A DNA stretch of 64,000 bases, taken from positions 124,001 through 188,000 of the forward strand of contig NC_135663.1 in NCBI RefSeq assembly GCF_964188315.1. Direction: 5' to 3'. The stretch's first letter is position 1. Each line of letters begins with the position of its first letter. The notes under the pieces were generated by a model, which saw nothing but the letters and a program-made list of their open reading frames with translations, searched no databases and had not been told where the DNA came from. Position numbers and translations under genes: made by a program. Below are positions 23,701 to 34,335 of the stretch, piece after piece. The DNA is from Podarcis muralis. Taxonomy: Eukaryota.

Positions 23701-26700
23701 AGCTGAGCTATCCTACAGCTCCCGTCTAGCAATGTCTATCTTGCCTTGCAAGGAGCCAGGGTCTTTGGAGGAGGTTGCTGTCTTGCCCTGGACCTTCCTG
23801 TCTTGCCAGCTAAGCTGCTTTGAATTCAGACGGTTAGATTTGGGGAGGGTGTCTGGGTGGGAGGTGGGAAGCTGCTCAGCGGAAGCACCTCCAGCTCTTG
23901 TAGCTAGAGAACGGGAGGATTGGGGACCAACTTGGCCAGATGTTGCCCTGGGGGCTCCCCCACCCCCCACCCCGCCTGGCCCCTCGCCTGTCTCCCTGAA
24001 GAGGCCATGTTGACTTTCCTCCCGCAGGCGGGCCAAGCGAGCTGCCAAGGGCCGGAGGAAGCCAGGCCCCCGGAAGAGGTAACGGAGCCAGGAGGCCCCT
24101 GCTTCTGTGCAGCAGGCGGACCCTGCCCCCCCCCCGCCCCTGAGTCCTGCCCTACCCCCCACCTGACAGGGGGCCATGCTGTCCTGCTCAGTCCGGATTC
24201 ACTGGCTGTGGATCCAGAAGGGGAGGTGGTGAACCTCCTCCCCAAACCCAGCGCCCCTTTCCGCAATGCTTCCCCTCCAGGTTTGAGGGCAGGAGGTTCA
24301 CCAGTGACTCAGAGGCGCTGCTGGAGGGCTGAGCTCTCTGCTTTCTGCCTCCTCTGCCTCTCAGTGGGGCAGCACCTCTCTCTGGGGCGTTCCCCAGGTG
24401 CGGATGACATTTCTTGTCTTGCCAGGGGCAAGAGTGTCTCATGGCCTTAGGCTGCCCTGGAGCTGAGCCATTTCTGCTGTGCGGACGGGGGCTGGCACTG
24501 AGGAACATGGAGAGTTTGGGGGGGCAGCATTTGTCTTGATAGGACCCTTTGGAGCCCCGCCCCCAGCTATGCAGAGTTGGAATCATAGCACTATAGAGTT
24601 GGAAGGGACCTGAGGGTCATTTGACAGACAGACAGACAGGAGAGAAGCCCTCTGGCCTTGCGATGGATCCTTGCCCGTCTCCATCACCCTGACTTGGCCT
24701 GGGGAGCTGGTGGGTCAATGGCACGGGAAAACGCCGGAATGTTTCCGAGGAAAGGAGCGGGCAGGGCGGGGGGAGAAGGAAAGTGGGGCAGCACCTGAGC
24801 CATGTGAATGGGCGTCTGGCCGCGGAGGACTTTGGACAAAGGCGGCAGTGTGTGCTCTGTCTGGTCCAGGGATGTCTGAGCGGTGACTCACTGCTGGGCT
24901 GAGGGCACCTCTGTGTGCCTTCAGCTGGGAAGAAAGAGGCGTCTTTGCAGGCAGGCAAGCAAAGGTGGGCTGCAAGGGGGGGCGCTGGGAGGGAGCTGAG
25001 CACCCAGGTCCCACCGCAACACAGGCACCGTGTAACCTGGGTCCACTGTGTGGCATCATCAGTTTCCTCTCTGAGTCTTCCCTAAAAGGGCAAATTCTGG
25101 GAGGCTCTTCAGCTCAGCCTGAGGGCAAAAGGAGGTATAGGAGGAAGGTTTATAAAAGCACTCAGAAAGTGCTTCTTGGGGGGGGGGCTCCTCTCTCTTT
25201 CATAATTCCAGGACTCAGGAAGTGATCCAATGTTGGGAGAGTTCCAGTGGGCAAAAAGGCAGTTCTTCATTGCAGAACCTGGAATCCGCCGCCACAAGTC
25301 AGATGGGGGCCTCTTTAGAAGGGAATTAGGCAAATTCCTGAAGGCCAGAGGAAGTGGGTTTGCCCTGCCTCATTCGCTGGCCCATCCTGCCCTGAGCTCT
25401 CTGTTATGACTCCCCAAAGGTCCCACCAGGTGGAAAAAAGATCTTTCCCAGCCTTTTGAGTGTGTGCGAGAGATTTTTTTTTTGGGGGGGGTATCCTGGG
25501 CTCTTCTGCATTCATAGCACCATGTCCTCTGCTGCTGAGCTAGGATCCCTCCTGGCTAAATGGAGCCTCCTTTTACAGAAGCACTCTACCATCCTACATG
25601 TGCCAGCTGCTGGGGCGAAAATGGGGACTGCGATCAGCTTTGAGGTTTCTCACAGCATTTTGCATGGTGCTGTGGGGCACAGTGGGGTGGGCTAGAGGGA
25701 GGCTTTGGATGCCCAGTGAGGGCAGGAGGGGGCATTCTCCTGTTCTTCAGAGTCCCAAGGCAGAAATGAGACATTGAGCCATAGAAGTACAGAGCTGGAA
25801 GAGACCCCCCCCCTGCAATGCATGACTGCCAGTGTGGGGCTGCATGGCTTCTCTGCGCTGGGGCTGGGGCTGCTGGCATGAGTCCTGGGGGAGTGGATGC
25901 CAGGCTTGCTTCTGACAAGCCTGGGCTGGCCTGTGCGGCCTGATCCATCCCGGAGCAGTGCAAATGAGCAGAGAGTTTGCAAGGATCCGGCCCCAGGGAG
26001 GGAGGGGTGCATGGTGGGCTCGGTCACTCACCTTGTCTGTCTGTCTTCCAGGCCGGTCTCCAGGTCTCGCCCCAAACATAGACGCAGGGAGGACTTTAGG
26101 GGCACCAAGAGGTAATGGGGCCTTGAGAGTCCCTGGGAGTCTGAGGGCAGGACTGGCACCCGGCTGCTGCCCTCGGAGGGAGCCAGAGGCTCTTCTGCAG
26201 CCGTCATTCCAGGTCCAGAGGAGCCGAGGGCCCTGCTTGGTATGGGAGTGCAGGGGACGGTGGAGGGGGGGCCAGATGCTACGATGCACACCTGCCCCAC
26301 AGGTGCCCCACCTGTGTGCTCCTTCCAGCCCTGCCCTCTGACCCCCCTCCTCTTCCCTGCAGGCTCTCCCTGGAGCGGCAGCCGCTCAACTACCGCCTGC
26401 ACTCGGTGGCCTGCCTGGGGACGGAGGTGCACCTCTCCCTCTGCTCCTTCGAGTTCTACAAGGGCAACGCCACGGGCGTCTGCAGGGCGGGGATGCCAGC
26501 CGTGGTCAGCTGCGTCCCTGGGCCGCTGTTTGCCACCGGGAACGCCCAGAAGAAGAAGAGGCAGCGGCAGCAGACGGGGCAGGTGAGCGAGGAAGGAGGG
26601 AGCAGGGGGCGCTTGCCCAGCCTGCCAGCTATTTCACAGAATCCTAGAATTGTGGAATTGGAAGGGACCCCCAAGGGTCATCTAGCCCAACTCCCTGGAA

Positions 26701-29700
26701 TGCAGGACACAGCTGTTTATTATGACCTAAACATCCCTCCTTTCCTCCAAATGGAGCGCAAGTTGGCACCTCTTCCCATTTTGTCCTGCAACAACCCTGG
26801 AAGGCAGGTCAGGCTGAGAGATGGCAGCTGCCCAAAGATCGGCCCCTGAGCTCCAGGGTGGTGGAGTCTCTCCCAGGTCCCAGCTCTCAAACCACTGCAC
26901 TGCACTACCTCTGAGGACTGTGGAGTGGGGCAGCCTCAGGGCACCACCTCCTGGGCGTCTCAACTGCCCTTTGCTCCCACAGCAGCGCGTACGGCTGAAG
27001 GGAGGGGCCAAGCCCGGCGAGGGGCGGGTCGAGGTGCTGAAGAACGGCGAGTGGGGCACCGTCTGCGATGACCGGTGGAGCCTGGCATCTGCCAGCGTCG
27101 TGTGCCGGGAGCTGGGCTTTGGGAGCGCCAAGGAGGCTCTGACAGGGGCACGCATGGGCCAAGGTGAGCCGCGGGGGGGGGGGGGGCCTGGGCTGCTCCT
27201 TCGGGGTGCCCCCCAGTCCAACAGTCCCTGCACACACCCCCACAGCCGTCTGGACGGCCACAGGTGCCAGAAAGGCCTGGCACACCATGTTCATGGGGGG
27301 TCCCCCCACTCTGCATGCGCCCCCACCGGCTGAGATGTGCTCACTTTGGAAACAAGTATACTTCTACAGAAAAGACTAGCCTGGCAAAGGAAATGTGGGC
27401 GGTGGCTTGGGATGAAGAAAGGGGGCACAGGCCGTCTCTGACTCCCCACCACCACCTTCCCCATAGACTGCCCCCCAAAAGGGGCTCTCAGCTGGCCATT
27501 CCCAGAGGCCCAGCGTTTCCTCTCCTGCCACAGGAATGGGCCAGATCCACCTGAATGAGGTGCGCTGCCTGGGCACCGAGAAGTCCCTCTGGAGCTGCCC
27601 CCACAAGAACATCACGCAGGAGGACTGCAAGCATACTGAGGACGCGGCCGTCCGCTGCAACGTCCCCTACATGGGCCACGAAACCACGGTCAGCACTGGG
27701 GGCCCCAGGGAAGAGGGGCCTGGTCCTCTCTCCACCCCCCAAGTAGCAGCAGCAGCTCCTCCCAAAGGACTGGGAACTTCACTAGGCTGCCTGCAGGCTT
27801 TTCCCAGCCCACAACTCCCCCTATGCCGATTGGGGCTGCCAACCCCCAGTGCACCTGTGGGGGGGGGGCTTGGGTTGCGGCCAGGGCTGGGGAACCCTTG
27901 AGGCCACGATGACGTGCCCCCCACTCGGCTGGGGCTGAGGGCGGCCACTGCCTTCCTGGCCTTGGCTGGTGGGAAGGGGCAGCGAGCCAGGATGGGGGGG
28001 GACAGCCACCGGCTCATCACTGGGCTTCCCCACAGATCCGCATTGCCGGGGGGCGAACTGCATTTGAGGGGCGCGTGGAGGTGAAGCACGCCGGCCGCTG
28101 GGGCACTGTCTGCAGCACAGGCTGGAGCACCACCGAGGCCATGGTGGCCTGTCGCCAACTCGGCCTGGGCTACGCCATGCATGCCGTGACAGTAGGTGTG
28201 GGGCAGCCGTGGGGCTGGGAAGGAGGCAGTTGGGGGAAGGGGTTTCCTGGGAGGGCAGCTGGGTGAAGGAGAAGAGGCCCAGTGGGGAAGAAGAGGGGTG
28301 GGGGGGCTACTACTAGCCAAGAGAACTGTGGACTTGGGAGAGACGCCAGGGGCCATCTAGTCTGACCCTCTGCAATGCAGGTATGGCAGCTGAAGCAGCC
28401 CTGGCAGATGGCCACCTGCTCTGCTCCAACAAGGCAGGAGAGTCCATTGGATCTGGTGCTCTGGCCTCTGGTTGGACGCTGCAGGAACAGGATTTGGGAA
28501 CCAGCACAACAGACTCCCTCAGGAGGTTGGTAGCAGAGGCTGGATGGCCCTCTGTCCCAGAGGCTTTAGTTGCAATTCCTGCATTTCAGGGGGCTGGACT
28601 AGATGGCCCTTGGAGGGCCCTTCTGAGACCCTTCTGTGTTGGCCACAGAGAGGGGCGAAGGTGCCCCATTGCCCTGCCTCTTGTGCTCTGTCCCCAGGAA
28701 ACGTGGTACTGGGATGCCAGCAACGTGACGGAGATGGTGCTGAGTGGGGTGAAGTGTGGGGGGCACGAGATGGCGCTCAGCCACTGCCAGCACCACAGCA
28801 CCCTCAACTGCCCCAAGACGGGCACCCGATTCGCCGCTGGAGTCATCTGCTCAGAAAGTGAGGCGGGGGAGGGGCTGCTGGGGGGCAGAAAGAGACCCCT
28901 GGGGCTGCTCCTGGGAGCAAGCCCACCTGGAAGCCCGTTGGGGGTCAGGGGAGGAAGGGGCTCCCACCTTCACTGGGGGCCGGCTCTGAAGCCCCGGGTG
29001 TGGGGTCACTGAGAGGAAGAGGGGCCAGCCCCACAGCAGAGGCTGGCTCTTCAGCCGGCCCTATGCCTTGGGCTAGCCCCACAGCTGCTGGGCCCGGCCC
29101 CCTCCCCTCCTCTTCACAGCTGCCTCGGACTTGCTGCTGCATGCCCCCCTGGTACAAGAGACGGCGTACATTGAGGACCGCCCTCTGCACATGCTCTACT
29201 GTGCTGCAGAGGAGAACTGCCTGTCCAGCAGCGCCCGCAATGCCAACTGGCCCTACGGCCACCGCCGCCTCCTGCGCTTCTCCTCGCAGATCCACAACAA
29301 CGGCCGGGCCGACTTTCGCCCCAAGGCAGGGCGCCACTCCTGGGTCTGGCACGAATGTCACGGGTGAGCACCTTTCTCTCGCTCCCTCGCTCTCCTCTGG
29401 GCTCAGGGCTGGGTCTCTCGCTCTTTTTATTCTGTTGCGTTTATATCCCACCTTTCCCCCCAAGGAACTAAAGGTGGCGAAGGCATGGTTCTCTCTCTGC
29501 CCTCTTCATTTAAATACTCCCAACACCCTGCAAGGTAGGCTAGTTGCCCAGGGAGCTTAATGGACCCTGGTCTCTCCTTGTCCAATGCTCTAACCACTGC
29601 ACAACACTGCCATGTCTCACCCCAGGCACTACCACAGCATGGACGTCTTCACCCACTATGACCTCCTGACTTCCAATGGCACCAAAGTCGCAGAGGGACA

Positions 29701-31804
29701 CAAGGCCAGCTTCTGCCTGGAGGACACTGAATGCCATGAGGGTGGGTGAAGCTGCCAGGGTGCCTGTGGCCGTGGGGGGGGGGGAGCAGGGGGGCAGTGG
29801 CTGCCTTTGCTCTGAGGCTCAGAAGCCCAGATAGGAATGGGATCTAAAGGAGTCCAATGAGCTCAGGTTTGCCTACACTGATTGGCAGCAGCTTCCCAGG
29901 GGTTCAGGGAGGAGTTTGCTGCCCCCGGCATGACTTGACCCCACTCCCCTTCTTTGGACAGATGTGAGCAAGCGCTATGAATGTGCCAACTTTGGGGAGC
30001 AGGGCATCACGGTGGGGTGCTGGGACCTCTATCGCCACGACATTGACTGCCAGTGGATAGACATCACCGACGTCAAGGCTGGCAACTACATCCTGCAGGT
30101 GAGACCAGAAGAGGGAGGGGAGGGGCAGCAAACTCCTTAGGGGAACTGCAGGTGAATGGCACCTGTCAGGGATGCTATAGCTGCGGTTCCTGCATTGCAG
30201 GAGTTGGACTATATGGCCCTGAGAGTCCCTTCGGTAGGAGATGAATTGAGGATTAAATCTGTAGATTAAAATTTAAACCACCCATCCCACGTGTGGGAGA
30301 AATGGAAAAGCTAAGTGGGCTGTGAAGCCTTTTTGGCAAAGTAAACACACTTAAGTCATTTTCAGGGACGCGGACTTATAAAAAATATTGGGGGGGCCCG
30401 GGAAAGCTCATGAATAATAAATAAGCTCATGAATATGCAAATAAAGTGGCGCCGCCTCCTCGTGAGCGAATAGGGGAGAGCGTGCTGCGCCTATTAATCA
30501 GCTCCAAAGGAAATTGGGTGGAGCTTTTGCTCGGGAGGGAGGGCAGGAGGCATGCAGCCCGCCCCTCCCTGTGCATTTTGGGCTGGGGGAGGGGCGGCGA
30601 TGGCGCTCTGCTGGAGGGGCGCTGGAGATTATTGGGGGGGCAGAGCCCCCCCAAACGAATTTTTGAGGGGGCTCGGGCCCCCTCAAGCCCCATGGAGTCG
30701 GCGCCTATGGTCATTTTGCAGCTTCCTGAATTTTAGGAATGAGGCAGTTATACCTTTTTATACCTTTATTTGAGGTTCACTGACCTTCCTCTCTACCTGC
30801 TGCAGAAAAGGTACCACACGTTTTAGTAAGACAAACATACAAAAAAATTTTACTTACATTTCAATGCAGGCAGCAAATACAGGAAAGTAGAAGTATAATG
30901 ACACTTTTAAGGTTGGTAGTCTCAGAACAGGGTGTGTTTGTCTGGAGCCCCCAGGCACATGACTGCTTGAGAGCATGGCGGACAGGGAGGGCAAGGGATT
31001 GTGTCACAGAATTCCCTCCCAGAGGAGACACACACAGGGGGTCCTTCCAGCTCTCCATTTCTATTAAGGGAGTCCCTGCCAAGCCTGGTCTTATGAGAAG
31101 CAGGAAGCGATTCCCTCTCTACCCCACTTTCTGCCTTGTTGTTGTTGTTTAGTCGTTTAGTCGTGTCCGACTCTTCGTGACCCCATGGACCAGAGCACGC
31201 CAGGCCCATGGACCAGAGCACGCCACTTTCTGCCTAGTTTGTTGTAAATAGGGCCTGATCCAGCCCTGTGGCTGCAACTCTATAGACACTGACCTGGCAG
31301 CGAGCAAAAGGCCGTCCAAGGCTGGGCACCAAATCAGGCCCTGTTGAAATCAGTGGGGCAGGCATGGCAGTGGGCGCTGCACCTGTGGAGCTTCTGGCTT
31401 GCTCCCCGCTCCAGCCCTTCCTCAGGGCTTTGACGTCCAGCTCTCAGAGCACTCCCTGCCCCCCAGGATGGGTGCGTTCTTCCCAGCAGCCCGTGGGGCA
31501 CAGGGCTCCCTTCAGCCTCCCTCCCTCCCTCCAGGTGGTGATTAACCCCCGGTATGAAGTGGCGGAGAGCGACTTCACCAACAACGCCATGAAGTGCAAC
31601 TGCAAGTATGACGGCCATCGCATCTGGGTGCACAGCTGCCATATAGGTACTTTCCAAGGGGTTTTTTTGGGGGGGCTTGCTGGGGGTCCCCTCCTCTTCC
31701 TCATGCCCTCCTCTGGTCCTTCTGCTGCAGGTGATGCTCTCAGTGAGGAGGCAAACAGGCGCTTTGAACAGTACCCAGGACAGCTCAATAACCAGATTTT
31801 GTAG
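19764..31804 (+). CDS. LOXL3: Lysyl oxidase-like 3 (signal peptide, 4 SRCR domains, catalytic domain), 13 constitutive coding exons, 746 aa (783 aa with two candidate micro-exons)
   Basis: Exons 19764-20073, 20845-21008, 22536-22747, 26363-26582, 26983-27163, 27534-27688, 28036-28191, 28698-28857, 29120-29363, 29626-29741, 29962-30098, 31535-31646, 31731-31804, phase-consistent. Cu-binding [17 protein letters not shown] Lys in [11 protein letters not shown] and Tyr in [11 protein letters not shown] are present. Confidence 0.97.
20370..20540 (-). mobile_element. tRNA/CORE-type (MIR-like) SINE; related copies at about 29440-29615 (-) and 58870-59085 (+)
   Basis: CORE-like GGGTTGTTGTGGGGATTAAATGAG in the 58.9 kb copy and reverse-complement equivalents here; B-box-like GGTT(T/C)AA(A/G)TC. 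Confidence 0.6.
20741..20792 (+). repeat. (TTTC)n microsatellite
   Basis: About 13 perfect units directly visible, upstream of the LOXL3 exon at 20845. Confidence 0.95.
22850..23150 (-). mobile_element. RTE-clade LINE 3' fragment
   Basis: [20 protein letters not shown] is an RTE-type C-terminal C2H2-like motif, followed by an RTE-like 3' end. Confidence 0.6.
23245..23665 (+). mobile_element. CR1 LINE ORF2 (RT C-terminal) fragment, degraded
   Basis: Frameshifted D(Y)[32 protein letters not shown] motifs. Confidence 0.8.
24028..24078 (+). CDS. LOXL3: Candidate LOXL3 cassette micro-exon A (51 nt, phase 2-2): [16 protein letters not shown](R)
   Basis: Acceptor ctttcctcccgcag, donor AG|gtaacg; length is a multiple of 3, phases match the flanking exons, no stop. 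Confidence 0.7.
26052..26111 (+). CDS. LOXL3: Candidate LOXL3 cassette micro-exon B (60 nt, phase 2-2): [19 protein letters not shown](R)
   Basis: Acceptor ttgtctgtctgtcttccag, donor AG|gtaatg; length is a multiple of 3, phases match, no stop. Confidence 0.72.
26640..26710 (-). repeat. Dispersed CR1/SINE 3'-tail repeat (example copy)
   Basis: Motif (ga)gttggaagggacc...ggtcatctagtccaacccc(c)tgcaatgcaggaat recurs at about 13365, 24590, 28350, 34600, 41960, 44810, 46330, 53260, 55040, 57190, 60010, 60345, 61170 and 63100, in both orientations. Confidence 0.85.
30362..30710. mobile_element. Putative non-autonomous DNA transposon (MITE)
   Basis: CpG-containing block with degenerate terminal inverted ends (CAGGGACGCGGACT ... 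GAGTCGGCGCCTATG); no ORF. Confidence 0.35.
31137..31222 (-). mobile_element. Short 5'-truncated BovB/Sauria-SINE-type 3' end with 13-bp TSD
   Basis: (GTT)n-TAGTCGTTTAGTCGTGTCCGACTCTTCGTGACCCCATGG is the reverse complement of the BovB/Sauria SINE tail. Direct repeat CCACTTTCTGCCT at 31124-31136 and 31223-31235. Confidence 0.85.
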
Positions 31805-33499
31805 GCCAGACCACAAGCGCCACCGGCTGGCCTGCCCCACAGAAGGGGGGCTGAACCCTGAAAGCCCATGACAGACAGACAGCGGCTCACCTGGCGCGGC
31901 GCAGCCCTGAACGGTGCAAAGAAGCCAGTTGGCAATTGGCATAAGAAAAGCAGGCTGCTGACCCCCTGCTCCCCCCTCCATAGGGGAGCTGGGACTGAAC
32001 TGCAGGGCCAACCCCCCCCCAAACCCCCCACCTCAAAGCTGTTTTCTTTCCCACAAATGGGAGCACCTGACACGATGGAGAAATTGCAGGGGAGGGGGGG
32101 TCAGGAGGAAGGCTGTCTACACCACTCCTACCTGCCTGCTCAGGAGCTGCTCCTTCTGCCCCCCTGCACAGCCCCCCCCCCTTCTGGTGCTGCAGGCTCT
32201 GAGGCCAGTTCTTGTTTCCTATATAAAGTTCATGTCTTTTGTCCAACTTGCCTCCCAGCTGATGTGTGAGGAAGGGGCAGCTCAGCTCCAAGGCAGGAAA
32301 AGCTCCAACCCCCCCCCCTTGCACGCCCCCCAAAGGCCTTTGCATCGCCTGGCCAGAGCCAGCTGCACCTGGGAGGGGGCCAGGTCGGGCAGCCCCTCAG
32401 CGTGGTGGAGGGAAGGGTCCTGTAGCCCCCAAAGGGCTAGGATTACGCGAGATCACAAGACTCTGCAGAATCTGGCCAGTGGCCCAACATCCTGTTCTCA
32501 CAGTGGCCAATCGGATGCCCAAAGGGACGCCCACTCATTGTCATGGCAAAAGAGGGCCATCAATAATAATCTCCTCCATGAATCTGTCACTTTCTTTAAA
32601 GCCATTCCAGTTGGTGGCCATCCTGCCTCCTGCGGGAGGGAGTTCCACAGATTCACCGTGTGACGTCCTTTTACCCGTCCTGAACCTTCCAACATCCAGC
32701 TTCTTGGATGCCCACAATTTTGAGAGAGTAGGAGAAAAACTTCTCTATTTCCCCCTATTAATCTGGGTGGGGCGTCTCAGATGGAGACAGCCAAGAAGAA
32801 AAAGGGGCATTTAGGACACCGACCCCACCCCACGGGACCCCCCCTCCCTTGGCCACTTCAGAGCTATGTGAGAAATGTCCTAATGGAGCCCTGCGGTCAG
32901 TCGGCCGGCCTGGCCTAATTCTCCTGCAAGAGCCCCCCCCCTCGCCCCCCTTACTTTCCGTGTCCTGTTTTCCTTCCTGGCTGGACTGCAGAGAAACAAA
33001 TTCCACGGCTGGAGGTGAAAGAGAGGCCTGTCTGGGCAGCCGGCGGTGGCACAGAGGGACTCTCCACCCCTCCCAGTGAGACGCAGCCGAGCCCCTCAAA
33101 AGCAAACAGCCCCCCACTCCACCCCCCAAAATTCCTGGGGCTTAGCAAGACCACTTCCAAGGCAAACCACCCCCGGCAGAAATCAGCCCACTTGGGAGCA
33201 AGGACAGTGGCAGAGCAGAAAGGAATCTGTGTCGCCATCGCTAAGCGCTGAGGTGGCACGTCTCTTTGGTCAGGGGGGCGGCTCTTCTGTGCCCACCTCC
33301 AGTAGCCCGCCCTCCCTCAATGCAAGCCTTGTTTTTTGGGGGGGGGAATGAAGAGCCCCCCCCCCGTTCCTTCAGGGCGAGGCAACAGATGTGCCAGTCC
33401 TTTGAGCCGCCCGGGCAGCAGTTGTGCAGCCCCCACCTCAAATGGGGGCATCAGGAGCCACTGCAGAGCTGCTAAATTAAACACCCTCGAGCATCCCAT

Positions 33500-33505
33500 A
33501 ATAAA
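33500..33505 (+). terminator. Probable LOXL3 poly(A) signal
   Basis: First plus-strand AATAAA I found after the LOXL3 stop (about 1.7 kb 3' UTR). Confidence 0.55.
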
Positions 33506-33535
33506 GACGAAGCTGCTGCCCCCTTGGCAGAACCC

Positions 33536-33541
33536 TTTATT
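33536..33541 (-). terminator. Probable HTRA2 poly(A) signal
   Basis: TTTATT (AATAAA on minus) about 800 nt past the HTRA2 stop. Confidence 0.6.
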
Positions 33542-34335
33542 GGAGCAGAAAGGACCAAGCCACAAAGCCCGTCCCTGTCTGGTACTGGAGCAAGTCAGGT
33601 CAGGCTGAGCAGCGGCTAGCTCTGAAGGGTTTAAAAACAACTTTCTAGTCCTTAAGAACCCTGTGGATGGCACAACCACCAGCCCTCCCAGCCCCCATTA
33701 ATTTACCCCACCCTTTATGGCACCCACTGCAGACGGACCCCTCAGGCCCCCCGCTGCCGCCTTGCAGTGGCAAGAGACCCTCCTTAAGGATTCCTGATTG
33801 ACTGCAGCTCCGGCTGGGAGCAGAAGGGGCTGCGGATTGGGCCCCGCTGGGCTTGTACCACATGATTCTGAGTTGGGGGGTGGGATAGCCGAAGGGACCA
33901 CCTTGCTGCCAGTTTCCCCCAGAGGGATGGCCACTTGCCCCATGGCTTGGCCTCTTGGCCCCTTTTAAAACAGCTGGGCAAGGGGCAAACCAGAGCCCGC
34001 AGCTGGCCTGGCCTTCGATGCCCATTTGCGCAGCACCGCGACAAAGGATGATGACCCTCCACAAAATGTGGGCCTGGACAGGTCAATAGCCCACGGGGAA
34101 AGGGAAAAAGGAAAGTGCTGCCCCCCAAAGGGCCTTTCCTGCCAAGTCAGGGAGAGCCCCCAGCTGACATCACACAACCACAGAGGAGCAAGACCCACCG
34201 AACTGCCACCCGACGCCCGCTGGGCCCCCCTCCTTCTGTGGGGACAGAGGGCAGGATCAGTCCTCTCCACGCTCAAGCAAAGTCCGTCTTCCTGCCCAGA
34301 CCCCCAAACGCAGCGGCCACAACCCCCACCCGCCC

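Noticed and set aside
24380-25130. Additional LOXL3 micro-exon candidates (acceptors near 24397, 24425, 24869, 25089)
   Set aside because: Each hits an in-frame stop within a few codons in the required phase.
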